Part shown: positions 14,388-28,639 of the stretch, piece by piece
Position numbering within the stretch: position 1 is the first letter of the stretch
Layout: every line of letters begins with the position of its first letter
From: Hyphochytrium catenoides
Taxonomy: Eukaryota; Protista; Hyphochytriomycota
NCBI GenBank assembly: GCA_900088475.1
Contig: FLMG01003337.1
Span: 82,091 to 146,090, forward strand
Length of the DNA: 64,000 nucleotides
Direction: 5' to 3'
Made by a program: the position numbers and the translations under genes
Notes under the pieces: model-generated
What the model was told of the DNA's origin: nothing
Databases searched by the model: none
The model's input: only the letters and a program-made list of their open reading frames with translations

Positions 14388-15151
14388 GTAAAGGACAAGC
14401 AACATGCCGGCAACAACCTTTGGGATGGGTCGCATGAATGATATCTTCTCGTGCAGGACAGAAAGACATTCGAGCGTCCTTTGCCATTAGACTGCTTCCG
14501 AACCTTTCACTGGACTGCTGCAGAATCTCCCCTTCCAGTTGCGACTGCACAGTTTTGGGAAGTGGCATGCTTACGCAGTGGTCGGATATCTAGCTTTTAC
14601 TTTGAGGGAAACCTTAGGCGTGACAGCTGGGGATCGGGTGAGCATGCCAGACGACGCATCGTAACGGATTCAAACGCCCTTGTTCGGGCCCTCTTCTCAG
14701 GCGCCGCGCGGTAGTGCTAGAGACCTAGACCGAGAGGCTCTCTGATGAGCTCCTGCAGAGTTTCAGAGCTTCTTCAGAGTCTGCAGATCCATCTTTGCAA
14801 GTCACTTCCTCTCCATGAATCCAGGATAATATAGTGTCTCTTAAGACTTATACCTCATAGATGATGATGGTATCCTCAATAATCCAGTTGAAGTTTTGGA
14901 AGATTTTTGTCCCACAGAGCACGAGAAATATCAGAAGCGGGCCGACAACACCCATCACGCTGACAGTCCTGACTTCTGTCCGTCATCGATCATCAGCCTT
15001 TATATGCAGCTCACTCTCCCACAGACGTTTGAAAGACGAAGTGAGAGCTTTATAGAGGACCGAGAAGTGCATGTACTGGGCCACAGCTTATACTCGCTGT
15101 GCTCTAATCGTACACTACCCAGTCCTCCAGGCGTTAAACCTGTGAACCACA

Positions 15152-18100
15152 ATGGGGGGAGTGGGGGAGGACGAACTCAGCATGCCTCTAGTGGCTCCTG
15201 AGGTCCCTTTGAGAAGCAAGAGAGGTCGGAGAGGGAAGTGGCAAGCTCTTGGCGTTGTTAACCGAGGAAAGAAGTATCCGGTCATCACGGCCGTGGCATT
15301 CACGATCAACTATATCTTTGGCGCTGGTAAGCCACGCATCTTAGCTTCCTAGCTCTTAAAATGGGCCCGATCTGTCTATGCCACCCCGTACGTGCTGCCT
15401 CGTAATGTCTGACCATATCTCTATCCATCTTCCAGGTGTACTAGCTATACCTTTGGCCTTTTCACGAGCGGGGATACTTGTTAGTGTCCTCCTTCTAGGG
15501 TTCATCTCATTCCTCTCCAATATGTCGATGAACTGGCTGCTAGAGGTAGGTACGCTCTTCTCTTTTCTCATCTCGATCGGCCCCTTACCAGCATTAGGTT
15601 TGCTGCCTTACGATGTGCTCTATCTAGTCCATCCCCTGGGGCTTCTTTTGCTAGTCTATCGTGATGGGGGTTAAGATAATCCTTCCGTGTACCTATCGTT
15701 GTTTTGGTCTGCAGACCTGTGGCCGTGCCGAGGCCATAATATCCTCCAATGAAGCCGAACTGACAGTTGAAGAAACAGAACTAGAAGTCGAAGACGGCGA
15801 AGAAGAGGAAGATCTCTTCTCCCGACGACTCATCCGGATCTTTCCGCGGTTTGAAGTTGGAGAAAGAAAGTTCGAGGTCTCTGAACTCTGTGACATCTTC
15901 ATTGGAAAGGTAAGAGTTTTTTTTTGCGCAGCGGACCCGTCATGTCTCTCCTACTATCTTGTTCCTTTTCCATTTGTCTCTTTGATGCTTTGATATACCT
16001 ACCGTACATCATTTGTTGCTTATCCACCTTCCGTTGCCTAACCATGAAAATTTATCTCCTCCTCTCCACGACGCCTCGCGGTCTCTTGCGTCCCTTAACC
16101 TCTGTCCGATCAAGTGGGGTCGGTCCGTCTTTGAGTTGGCTATGTCTCTCTACGCAATCGCGAGTATGTGGTTCTACACAATTATTTTTGCTCTGTCCAT
16201 GCTTTCTCTTCTCCCTCTTCCGGTGTCTCTCTTCCACGTGGACACTACTTCCTGTAGCATAGAGGAAGGGCTTGGCCATCTCTCGAGGGGCTGTAGAGCA
16301 GCATACAGCTGTTTTGTGCTTTTCTATGGCGGAGCAATGATGACGCTAGCGTCCTTCAACATCAATGAACAGGTATGCTACTCCTCGCCCACACACTTGC
16401 TTTGTGCTGTCTTTCTTCACTGTCCAAGTTTAATCTCTCCATTCTCCTTGGCGGTTTTCTTCTTATACACGAGGTTGCTTCCCTTTTTCTTTCAGATTGC
16501 TTCTTTCCACTGCCTCTCTTAGAGGCACTTTACCCTTTAGCTCCGTAATGGTACTGCCTCACCTTTGTCTAGCATAATGCCTTTCCTTCACGCACTTAGC
16601 AGCTATCCTACCCTCTTGCTCAATAAACTTTCGAATGACCTTTGCCTTTCTTAACCTTCTCTCCGGTTTCAAACGCAACGTGACAAAAGACAAGAGTTCA
16701 GATGACTCTGACAGCCTTTGGAATTTCCTGCCTGGTATTGATGCTGGTGACTACTCTGGTCCCTCTTATTAGTGGACCAGCTTATGATCCGCAACACACT
16801 AGGACCCCAAGCTCTCACATGTAAGATGAACAGGATAGAGATTAAGATCCGAGAGCGATATCAGCGTCTATGGGCCTTTGTATCTTTACTTTTAGACCGT
16901 TTAGTTGGTTATTCAATATCTGGCTGCATCCTTTTCTTTAGTACGTCGAACCAGCCACTCTTGCACACTTTAGTCTTTCTCTTTGCTATTGTCACGTCTC
17001 TCCCATTTCAGGCGGCGAAGAGCGTAACAACTGATAGTCTCCTTCCTCTCCCGCTATCTCTCCTCTCTGGACTCATTTCTCCCCGGAAACTCTCCAACCC
17101 CGAAGCTCAGATGTACCTCTAGTCTTTGACAGAAGACACTTCGGAACCGCCTTCGGTACCTTTGTCTTTGCACAGCTTGCTCACCATGGTATGGCCCAAG
17201 AATGCAAAGCTAGGGCCACTGCAAGCTGAAACTAGCCCAACCGAACCAGAGTTTCTGAAACTCACCCTGTAATCTCTATCTGATAGGTGTTCCCCAGCTA
17301 GTGCAGCTGTTGAGAGACCCGAAAGACGCACCCAAAGTGTTTAGCACGGCACTCTCCACCACTTTCTGTCTTTATGCAAGTAAGACTTCAGCGTTTTGCG
17401 CCTTCTTCTTTGCGAAGCCTGCCGTCCATGTTTTATGGCACGTCCTAGAGGTTGCCCTACTTAGTCCAGCGATTGGTCAAATTCTTCACGATGCCAGTCT
17501 TTGCAGTTGATAGCCGTCATTCACACAGTCGAATTTGCAATATATTTTGGTTTGTCCTGCCTTCTTCAATCCCTCATCCGACCCGCTGACAGTTCGACTC
17601 CAGCCTTAGGGATCGTCTGCGGCCTGTATTTTGGCTCTCACGTGGAGAAGATTATTACACTTAATTGGAGAGACTACACTGCGGAGACGGAAGGCGGGAA
17701 TGCGCTCTCTCACATCATCTCAATAATTGTCCGGCTGTTTCCTGTCATAACTGTTTCTGCCGCCTTCCCGCTGAATGCTATAACCATCGGAGACAGGTAG
17801 GAATGCCTTTCCTCAACTAACTAGAAACTTCTAAAAAGGACTGTAAAGCCAGACCACCTTCCCAACCCATCTACCGTCATAGGTTTGGCTCTAGATGCTG
17901 TCTATAACACCACTAACAGGGTTTATGTAGCTGGAGACTTCGTGTCGCAAGATCGTGGAATGTCCAGAGCCCTTCGTAAGTGATAGAAGCAGATCTGTGG
18001 TCTTTCCTCTCGATAGCAGGTTCTCTTGAAAGCTCTTCCTTTCCTTCTCTCACTCAACCTGGGTGTCTACTACGTCCTGCTCTAGTCCCATTCCTTCTAT

Positions 18101-18746
18101 GAAGCCGTCATTCCGGCTCTAATTGTTCCCTTCGCCTGGCTAAACGTAGGTGGCAACTTGGTTTCCGGTGGATCGCGTGCACCCCTCCCATTATCGGGGC
18201 CCTTCTTCTTGCCGATGTAACGACAATCATAAATGCTTGCGGCTTGGTAAGAGAATCTCTTATCGTTCTACCTATCGTACATTTTCCTACCTTCTTTTGT
18301 TATCCGAATCCCGGACTGGTCCCTGAAGTCGGGAACTCTTGAAGCATACCCACTTCGTTAGTACTACCTTCCTCCTTCGTCCCTTTCTATGATAACACCG
18401 AGTCATTTGCGTAGATTGGTTTCATGATTGTCTTCTTTGTCCCTGGGGCGCTGCAGCTACGCTCCAAGAGCTTCTGTGCGAAGAGGTGAGCTAGTTTCTC
18501 TGTATGGCAACCCTACACATGTGCCATGTAGACCCTTGCTTGACATGTGGAAATCCTCTATGGTCTTTGCTAAAGCGGGTCCATAGTTAACCTGCGCCTT
18601 TGCTACTTTCTGTCCCGTCTAGGTGGGGCAGCGTAGCCGCGGAGACTGGATATTCAAAGTGGTACAGCGGTGATCTCTATGTCTACGGCGCTATGATCTT
18701 CGCCACCCTTGCATTCTGCTACTCCTCCTACAATTTGCTTCACTAA
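15152..18746 (+). CDS. Amino-acid transporter family protein, TMEM104-like (~12 exons)
   Basis: Spliced protein contains AFTINYIFGAGVLAIPLAFSRAG, WLLETCGRAEA, RKFEVSELCDIFIG, FAQLAHHGVPQL, IITLNW, LFPVITVSAAFPLNAITIGD and many hydrophobic helices. Confidence 0.85.
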
Positions 18747-19119
18747 GATGGTAACACAGCACGTCCCCACGCTACTCTATCGATCAAGTTCTTTCTCCCA
18801 TACTTAGGTCCTTTTGAGTTATGTTCTCTTCTTGAAGACAAGGTTTCGACGTAGGGGAAGATAGGGGAGCAAGGTGTAGACATTGCCTCCAAGAAGAGTG
18901 AGGGGACGGTGGGGTGCGCTCCAAAGAAACATGAGCTAAGAGTGGTGTATGTACGGCATCTCAACGAACTCCACGGCACATGAGTCCGCTGGTATTTACT
19001 AGAGCACTTATCACGGACTCCTCTCTATGTCAATGTGCCCTTCCTCCATACCTCGAGCCTTGATTCCCGTTCCTGTCGTCCACTTGAAGATGGAGCTCAG
19101 CTCCACATAATCTGTCAGC

Positions 19120-20738
19120 TTACCGAATGGTGTTACGACGACAGATGCTACCTCTAAAGCGCTTGTAAGGCTCCAGCAGCATGCGGGCTACTTCTTCATC
19201 GATGGGAGCCCAAAAGTACTCTTCAGAGCCTCGCTCTTGAAAGGACGCCAGCATCATCTGACGAAGCCCATCGCTAATATTTAGCTCGAGCGGGGCGTTA
19301 CTCTTGATGTAAACCTCTATCATCTTTCCCGTGGCGGCCTGCCGCTCTTCAGGTGGGAGGCTCTTGAAGGCCACAGAGGCCTTCACGTAACAGCCGTTCT
19401 CCACACAGAATTCCGTCACCAGATAAGAGGAAAAGAGTTGCAGCAGCTCTGAGCTGCTGAGGAAGAGGCGCTCTTTCAGCTCCGTACTAGTGTGCAGTGC
19501 AGGCACGCTGGACTGTTGTGACACGTCGGCTACTTTCCGCGCCAAGTCTGTGAACATGGAATTCTTCCTTTGGTTGATATTATATCGAGAACCTCCTTTT
19601 CTCTCATAGGCAAAGGAGTAGTAGAGCAGCCGAACCGGGTAGACCCATGTGTAAAGGTGTGCAGCCAGCATGTACGAGAGAGCAGCGCCTTCGATGTAGT
19701 TGTATGCCTTGTCAGGATCTTGCTCCCCTTGCGATATGGCAGACAGGATGTCATAGCCCATCATAGCAAAAAGGATGACCGTAGCCGCGCTAATCAAAAG
19801 CGACTTGAGACCGAACACTTCCTTCACATTCCTCAGCAGCGTGACGGAGAGAAAGAAGAGGACGAAGGGATAGAGGATCCCGTTCGCAAAGTCCAATTGG
19901 AGCTAGAAAAAGAGAAGATAAAGGAAGCGTTACAATGGGCATTCAGCAGTCGGTCTAAGAAATGACAAGATGGCTTTGGCCCAGGAGGGTCTACGTGTCT
20001 ATGATGTAAAGAACTAACATCTATCACCGTCAAAAAATGACGAATGCAAACAGGGCTAGAGGTGACGGCACGAATCAGGAAGAGGAGGATAGATAGGCGT
20101 TAGGAGGATCAAGGACTTACGTCAGTAGGTTCAAAGTTGAGGCATTCAGCACTGGCGTGAGCATGGGACCAGTACGGAGCAACCCTCACCGCTCTCGGGA
20201 TCACTGAAAGCCATGCCTCCACCATGCAGACCACTGCCACAGCGGCAATGAACTTTTTGTTGGTCAGCGAATGATAGTGCCGTACCACCCAGGAGGAACG
20301 CCCTTCAAGCATATCTCTGTTATAGTCGTGCTCCAGCCGTACGCGAATAACGGAAAGGATAAGGCACCAAGCCAGCGGGAACAGTAGCATGTCCCATCCT
20401 AGAAGCTGTAGCCAACAAGGTGCACCAGAGAGAAAATGCTGAGCACAAGCCAAAATGGCTAGCATCACACCAAGTTCACATACTATCAACGCGTTGACGT
20501 TGATAATATAAAGAGGGAAAGTCTTCCGCCTAAGATACAGGAGGACAATAACAATCGAGGAAAGTGTATAAGCGGAACAGAAGATTGCTCCTTCGAGTGC
20601 CGCAAAGAGTTCTGGACGGTTGTCCACGTCCTCCTCCTGACCCAAAGAATTTTCTCCCCCTTCTCCTCCGCTACTAGCATCCGCCAGGCCCGCCAGTTGC
20701 GGAGATGATACCATGTCTTCGAGGGACAACTTGCTCAT
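19120..20738 (-). CDS. 7TM-RGS protein, paralog A (2 exons: 20738-20121, 19902-19120)
   Basis: Seven hydrophobic segments, including PCW at the start of TM3, followed by an RGS box: LFSSYLVTEFCVEN...YIKSNAPLELNIS...LEPYKRF. One phase-0 GT-AG intron at 20120-19903. Confidence 0.9.
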
Positions 20739-23700
20739 TATGTTTCTTTGCGTCACCTTGAAGAATATGTCTCTTTTTTTCGTCTCTCTGTTCGTTCACT
20801 GCCTTCCCAAACTGTTTGGAAGGTAGCTTTCCAAGCGATAAGCAAAAGGAGGAAGTGACGACTTTCTGTGAAGCAGAAGGAGGGCCTCAGCAGAGAGCTA
20901 ATATCCGGCTTGGCACCGTGATGATGATGCGTTCTCGTCTTCGACTTTACGAAGGAAGATCCAATGCTTTGATGGCGAATACTAGACTGAGACGGTTTGG
21001 CAAAATGACAGTGGCAGGACCAAAGACTTCGCGGTGCTTGCGTGCCTGGGTTGCCGTCGTCTTTGTCGTCTGGCATTCCCCAGCTGGGTATTGGAGTAGT
21101 ACAGAGTTGAAGAAGTAAGAGAAAGAGGAAGGAGAAAGAACGAGGAGATAGCCTAGGATGGGCAGATTGCTACGCACTGGTTTAGGGTTGATCAGTACCG
21201 CGGGCCAGGTACCAGAAGGGGAGAGATGCTGGTGGCGAATACCAAGAGAAGAAAAGAAAGCGAGAAGAGGATCAGCCTGGGAGAGGAGAGCCCTGAAGAA
21301 GCCCGCCTCACTAATAGCGCTTCTTTTTCAAGGGCTCTTCTCCTGATGAAGGAGCGAAGACATCGAACGGAGAGAGACAGGACGTGGAGAGAAGAAGGGA
21401 AGTCAACGAAAGACTGGGTTCCAAGATTGGAAGGTGGTCAACATTATTTCAGAGGCAACGTACGCAGTTTATTATTAGGCCGCACCAATAGAGCAGATCC
21501 TCATCCTCATCCTGCCTGCTGCAAGCTCAGCTTCTTGCAGGGATCAGAACCCAAAGAGTTCTACTCCGGCACTTGTTGGTGTCTATCTCTTGCATTTGTT
21601 ACTATTATACACCTCGTGTTTGTCTGTGGGTCGCAAAGGTACTTCTCTGGTCTGTCTTTCCCTCCTTGCTTCTCTCGCTCCCTTCCTTCTCGATCCCACT
21701 CACTGCCTCCTTTTTCTGTGCCTCTGTGCCTTCTCCCTGCCTCGTCCACCTCTCCTTTCAGTCCTCCTCACATAATAATAGGGGACCGCACTAGCGGCTA
21801 TGACTCTAGTCATGCATCATGTTATGGGGACATTGATGGTTGATGTCCACCTGACTATAGAGGCTAGCTGGCTTTCCCTCATGCTTCTCTTCCTTCTTTT
21901 CCTCCCTTTCTTGTTCTTCTTTGGCTCTCCCATCTTTCGCCTTCTCATCAGTTCTCTCTTCTTCCCTCAATCCTTCTTCTCTCCTCTCATCACCAGCCAA
22001 ACCTTCCCTCCCTTTTAAACCAGCACATTTGCACCTGCACCTGCTTGATAACCGCCTCGTCCACGGCCAGAACATAGCTACCAGCAGCCACCGTTCAAGG
22101 CTCGGTTGTGGTTTTTGACCCTACTCCGTCTCCCCTTCTCGTACGTCCCGTCACTTCATCACGTCACTCGATCGTTACGCCTCCCTAACACGACTCCATC
22201 TGTTCTCCTCTGGACTCTTGGTTGTTACGCTGGGAAGAAGAGCTGGTAGGCGCATGCTAAGGAGAAAAGTGGAAGAAGAACTGAACGAAGAAGGATCATC
22301 AGGAACAGGTGCAAGCAGTGAGAGTGGACGATGGAGGAACAAGTGAAGGGCGAGCAACAGGAAGGGAATGAGGTGAATTTCTTGACATAAAGCACTGTGA
22401 GAATACAGCAAAAAGGGAGAACAAAAGGTACGAGTCAGCGCAGAAGGAAGAGCCAGGCCGAGGCCGAGAGAGAGAAGAGAGGGCGATCTGCTTGGGGAAG
22501 GCTTTGCTGTCCCATCGTCCCCTCAAGTGCCTGCTCTTGCCATGCTGCCCGTCTGTATAGCCTTCCTAAGAGTAGACCTAGGACGAGAGGCGAGCTGCTG
22601 TGCCAGGCTCAATCACACGCCAGCCGAAACCTTTGCACATGGACCATTTCAAAACCAAAGCACCGCCCCACTTAGCAGAAGAAGAAGCCTATTCTACTTG
22701 GTTGACACGTGGTCCCAGTAGAGGAGTAAAACAGAAGTGTAACGGCCTCAGCTTTCAAAGTTTTGGATCTTAGTCTGTCCCTCCCTCTCTCCCTCCTCCA
22801 GCTCCTCCTCCTCTCTCGCTATCGCTTCGCCCTATGGTTCGGTGCTGGCACTCCAGAGCTTGCTCTGTCTGTTGGTCGTCTGCCTCTTCTCGACAACGAT
22901 CTTATACGTTTGCCTCTGCTCCCTCGTCTCCTCTTCCTTGGGTTCGCGCGGTTCTCGATATTCATTATCACGTGCTCGCTCTCGGGTTCTTTGCCTTTAT
23001 TTGTTCTCTGTCGTCCTCCCAGCTTTCGGGCGTAGTGCATGGTTTGGTCTCGTCAACTATTCAAAGTGGTCGTCGAGGGAACTCTTGTTGATCCTCCGAT
23101 CTTCGCGTCCCTTCGGGCTCTTCCTCATCTCTATCTTTCCCGCCTCGGTTTTAAGAGCCACCCGTTCTTCTTCTCCGCCAGTCCTTCCTTCCTTCACTCC
23201 TCATCTGAATGTACTATCATATCTCAGCGGCCACCGTGATAAGCCGAAGAACCTTTCAGACTCAAAGCGCGTCGGCAATCGCTTGAACTTTTATAATAAA
23301 ACTCTTAAGATCAACAATCTCCTTTCCTACTTCGAAGACTTTGTTCTCCCGAGTTTAATGACTGATTGGTATATCGCTCTCGTCAACTTTATCAGCCTGT
23401 TCCCTCACCGCTGGCTTACATACGATACCAGCGCTTGTCCTTCTTCCTTCGGTTTGTTGTTGCGAGTGAAGAAGGTACACTGTCATTTTTTTTCCTACTT
23501 AGACCAAACTGTGGCTTCCATACTTCCTCCTCCCGACAGGGCACTGTCGTGCTTTAACACCCATCAGTCCAAATAATGTTTCCAATATATTCTTCTTCGG
23601 AGGACCCCAGCAGCAGCAGCACATGACGCTAATAAGCCAAGAGACACAAGGCACGGCCGGTAGCGTCTGTCTGATGGATTGATTGATGTGATGATGAGGT

Positions 23701-24597
23701 CTGTGTCACTTAAGGCTCCCTCTACGCGCAATCTTTTGTCATTTGAACATGGTCCGGTGGCTAGCCATTGGATAGATGTTGATGGAAGATAGAGCTTGTT
23801 CTCGACGTTTGTAAGGCAATGGAGGCGCATCAAGCTGATAAACTATGCACTGTCCTCATTTGCTTTAATTCACCACTGTCCTTGTACGTGGGCTGCTGCT
23901 GGCAGTCTTAATAACCATTCATAACATGCTCACCATAGATTAGAAAGACAGTGGTGGCTTGACCGTTGCTCATCAACCACATCGGCTATGCAACAGGTCA
24001 CTGCCCATCCTCCTATGAATCCTGCATACGTACCATGGGCAGGCTTTGAGGAAACACGAGGTAAAGGAAGCCGTAGAGCCACGCCACCACTAGGTGGGCA
24101 CAGACTATAGAAAGCGCTGGATGTCAGCTGATAGAGGATGGTGGACCGAGTAAGAATATGCCCTGCGAACCTTTCATCAGATTCATGCCTTAGTAGAGAG
24201 TACTACTATCTGCAGCGGCACTCAGAGCCTCGAACACTAAGCGCCGCATAGATCTGCTATTATCTCCCTTACTGGCCCCTAGCCGACAGCAAGTAGAGGA
24301 GACTCCTGACCATTACCTGGTCCCGCACAGGTGTGGAGGACGATCAAGACGCCAGCGTGAAGAGAGAGGCACCTGAGCTGACAACCTGCAGCATAAAGCA
24401 TCCGGGACGGGTTCGCCTGGGGCTATGACGTGACAAGAGGTGCTGCTAAACCTACTCGAAGACAACAGAGGCCACTGCTGGATATGACCAAGTCCAGATT
24501 TTTAAAGGTGGAAGTAGTGTGATAGGGCGAACGTTGCCTCTAGTCTTGTATGAGACCGTCACGCAATCCTTGAGTTTGGAGAATCTTGATGGAGCGG

Positions 24598-24837
24598 CTA
24601 GAGTCTTTGGTCCTTATTATTCCCTGACAACCTCTGTTTTTCTTCCAGCTGCTGCTGATAGGGTTGTTGAAGGGGAGCTTGTGCCGAGGGAGGTGGCGGA
24701 GGAGGAAGAGCTCTTTTCGGTCCCCGGATCATGTCATACCGCGTGAAAACGATGCCTGCGGTCACGATTCCTTGAAAGACAAGCAAAGCCTTCCAACGGT
24801 GCTCGTATAGGTAGCTCGCGAAGCCTCTGGAGTTCAT
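24598..24837 (-). CDS. Putative small single-pass membrane protein (79 aa)
   Basis: ATG-started ORF with one hydrophobic helix (WKALLVFQGIVTAGIVFTRY) and a Pro/Gln-rich tail; no recognised family. Confidence 0.4.
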   Translation of the reverse strand: MNSRGFASYLYEHRWKALLVFQGIVTAGIVFTRYDMIRGPKRALPPPPPPSAQAPLQQPYQQQLEEKQRLSGNNKDQRL

Positions 24838-27800
24838 AGCTGCGATTGAAATGGAGCTAAGGATAACGTTTACGAAGAACACCTCCTGCCACCACCGTCG
24901 AGTTGAAGGCTCTTAATGATAATAATGTAAGTAGATTCAATCACCGCGCAGCAAGCAGCAGCAAGCAAGATGGCCAATTGTTGAACGGTGCGGCAGCAGG
25001 AGGGCGCAGCGGGCCGACGGCGCGACGTCTTCTGACTACGACGAAGGTTCGTAGCAGATGAGATCAAAAGGATCCAATGTCCAGACGAATGGTGAAGCCT
25101 AGCAGTGCTGGTAACGGCTAGATCAATGTGAGATGGGCGTTAGCTGCTACTACTGGGTTGGTTCCTTGGTGCATAATGACCTGCCATCATCATTGCTTGT
25201 GCGTGTGTCTGCTGGTGGGAGAGGGAGGGAGGAGGAGGATTCGATGATGGTGGAGAAGTGGAGAATGAGGAAGAGGAGAATGGGAAGGAGGAGGAGTAGC
25301 CCTGCCCAGCAGCCACTTTTTTTTGTTTTGACGGCAGTAGCAGCATCGACAGGCTGCAGCCAGCAGCAGGATATGGCGGCGACATTAGTAGGGCCGCAGG
25401 AGGAGGACAGTAGTAATAGATCACTCTCCAATACCTTCTTCAGCAGCACGCACTTGCGGCTGATAAGATTTTTATTTTTTTTACTGTTGTCGGTGGTGGG
25501 TCATCATCATCCACAACCATAGTGATTATACCAGAGACGCGGGAAAGTAGAAGAGGTGGGTTCGACGATACTACGACGTCAGTATATATATGCCAGTATA
25601 TGGGAGGAGGACGTGTTGCGCGAAGAAGAAGAATAATGACGATAAGGAAGAACAACTAAGTAGTAGGGGATTAGGTGGGGTATTTTTTGGTGGGGTTATG
25701 CCCGTCGCCGCTGGGCGTGGTTGCAGTTAGTTGTTGTTGCGAGCATATTAGTTTTTGACGCCGCCGCGCCGCCGCGCCAACAAGATTCATCTGCACCAGG
25801 AGCAGAGGACAGCGGCTGCTGGATGGTCGTCTGCCAGTCCGCCGGCTGCTGCGCTGCTGTTCTCTCCAATTGCTCTTCTCTGCTGTTGCTGATACTCAGC
25901 TCCGTTTATTGCTACCCGTATCATAAGAAGTGATGCCTTGAAAAAAGGAGCCACGTCACTTCAGGCGCAACACCACCGATCATCATCATCAGAAGAAACT
26001 CTGCCGTCGAAAGCATACATGGTGTACATTCATCGCCAAAGACAGAGCAGATTAACAGAAAGAGGCATCGGGGACCAACAATGCTACGAGCTGACTGCAC
26101 CTGCCCCCATTGAGCGGCGGATGGCTTTCACTCATCAGTACTGAACTTGTCCATTACTAAGCAGAGCTTATACCTGACATTATGGAATCGCCTTTGCTGC
26201 TAGCGGCCATACTACCACCACAAATGACTCGGGGTAGATGATGACAGAAGAGGGGAGGAATAACATAATAGAGAGACTGCGTTCAGCAGGAAGGAGAGAA
26301 GATATTACCTGTGCTGCCGGGTCCTGGGGTCTCCTTTTGGTGAAGGTTCAAGAAAAAAACAGGTCAACGAGCTTATTTCACAGTCAGTAGCGCAGGAACT
26401 GTTATGGGGGAAGATCAATATAAGTCTTCACTTTGCATTCGGCGCGAACATCAGATGATTGAGACTAAAGGAAAACCTGTCTTGCATGTCCCGCCGTCTG
26501 CGGAGACATTAACATGGACTGCTACGGATATTCGTACTATTACTATGCAGCACTTACCCAAAGCAGCTTTGAATCTACAGCAAGCGCTCTTACACTCATC
26601 ATAGCCGCCACACTTATAAGAGCAACAGCGTTGTCTGGACTATCTGGAGCAACAAATCCCTTGTCGTCTGCTCCTTCTAGAAAAAAAGGTACATGCGGTG
26701 ACTTAGCGGAGAGTAAGTTCGTGGTGGTGGTGGTAGAATCTTATCTCCTAGTTAATAACTGCTTCAGCCCCTCAGACCATGTGTACCTGCTGGTCGCCTC
26801 CTAGCACTCGATCTTTGACATGCCGGAGCAATGCATCGATGGTGGACAAGAAGTCAGAGCTCTGCTCTTTCTGTTGACAACCTGTCCGTTTCAAGTGCTC
26901 TAGTCACGTCCTTCTTAACGGACCGCCTCTCAAGGACTACACCATTCTTGGCAGGTCCAGGTGGGCCGGTCCACCATACCAGGTGGGTTGATGGTTGTAA
27001 CGGATGAAGGTGAAAGTGGGCCGAGAAAGATGATGCTTTAGCCTCCTCATGAGTCTCTTCTTCTTCTGCTCATTCCTTCTCCCTTTTCTAGCGCCACAGT
27101 GTCCGGTCCTGTCTGTTACGTTCGGTCCTTAGCCTTGGTGGTGGTGCCACGTCATCAACGTTGTCCCATCTCTTCAATTCCTCTTCTCTATTCCTTTAGT
27201 GTCAGCCCGGCCCTCATAACGTTCACTGACTTGAGGTCTATGGCTTTACGTTGGATGATCGAATGATAGAGGGAGCAGAGAGAGTTAAGTAGGCAGTACC
27301 CAGCACATCATCCGACCATGTTTCTTTTCACCCGACGAGTGGGTTCTTGGCTAACTTCTCTGTGATGACAAGAGAGAAAGATTAGTAAAAATGACGTAGT
27401 GGTTCATTAGAGGAGCCATAGGTTTGTGAGAAGAGGAGCCAGGAGTGCTGTCAGAGGAGGATAGAGAGCCTAAGACGGAGAGGAATATAATTGAGCATAG
27501 CGTTGTCGTCGGACGACGACGAAGGATTAGTCGGTGGAGGAGACAGTTAGCAGCAACGACCAAGTTGCTGAGTCACCCACTCGCTTCTCTCATAAGCAGC
27601 GGTCATTAGCATATCCAAGTCAATCGACTGCCAGGTACAAAAGAGAAAGAAGAGTATACGCGTCTGACACAGGGAGGGTGGGGAGAGAGTAGTATAGACA
27701 ACAGCAGAAGACGAGCCTAGGACAGCAGAAAAGAGGGGGAAGGACAGCGTATTAGCAGTAAGCCTCACCGTAGTAAAGGCGAACGACAGATTAAGAGGGT

Positions 27801-28639
27801 CGAGAGTGGGGCAGCAGCGAGGAGCTCTAAGCTAAAGCAAAGTTTGACCAAGAACGAGCTGCCACTCAATTTCTAGCCCTAAATGATGAAGAGGGCGATC
27901 GGAAAGCTAACCTACCTCCTGCCGATCCGGTTCAAAATGCCCAGCAATAATGGAGGAAAAAGCGTCTCACCCCTATGATGAAACGCCTAGTAACGACAAG
28001 CTATTGACCTCCTCATCAGCAGAGGCAGCACCGAGAAGGAAGGCGGCTGCCTTTGATCTGCAGGAGAGAGATCTGATCAGAGCTAGCACCTCATCAGTCC
28101 CCATATACTGCTAAGAGACCTTTTCTCACCGCATCATCCAGGTCACCTCCTCCTCCTTCATTCTTCATCATCACCTATCGCTCTTTTTGTCTAAATTAGA
28201 GGTAGGACGTGTCCGAACGGCAGGCCAAGTCAGCCTAACCAATATGTCACGTGAGGACAAGGTTTGGTATTGCCAACCTATCTATCACCGCAAGCTTGGC
28301 ATTTGCCTGAGGATTGTGGCATGACTACCTGCAAATGATCAAAGACACGCTTTGATCCCAGTTCTGGGCCGCCAATGGCTACCTATCTCTTTCCTTTATA
28401 GTTTTCAAGTGCGCTGATGAAGATCATGCCAGGGCAGCATTGAAGGTTTTGGCTGATAACACTGAACTAACAGCAGCAATCTCCTTTGGCAGATTTACTT
28501 CGTCGTCTTGAAGACGGTACGAAAGATTAGAGGAGGCTCGCGATTGCCCAATTCCTCCACCGGTAAAACTCGCGGACTACTCAGCAGACACTCTCCTTGC
28601 TGTTTGCAACAGTGTATCGCTAGAGAAGCGAAGAAAGAA

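Noticed and set aside
23900-24460. Possible decayed paralog of the TPR gene or of 59100-59270
   Set aside because: Only scattered short word matches; not distinguishable from chance by eye.
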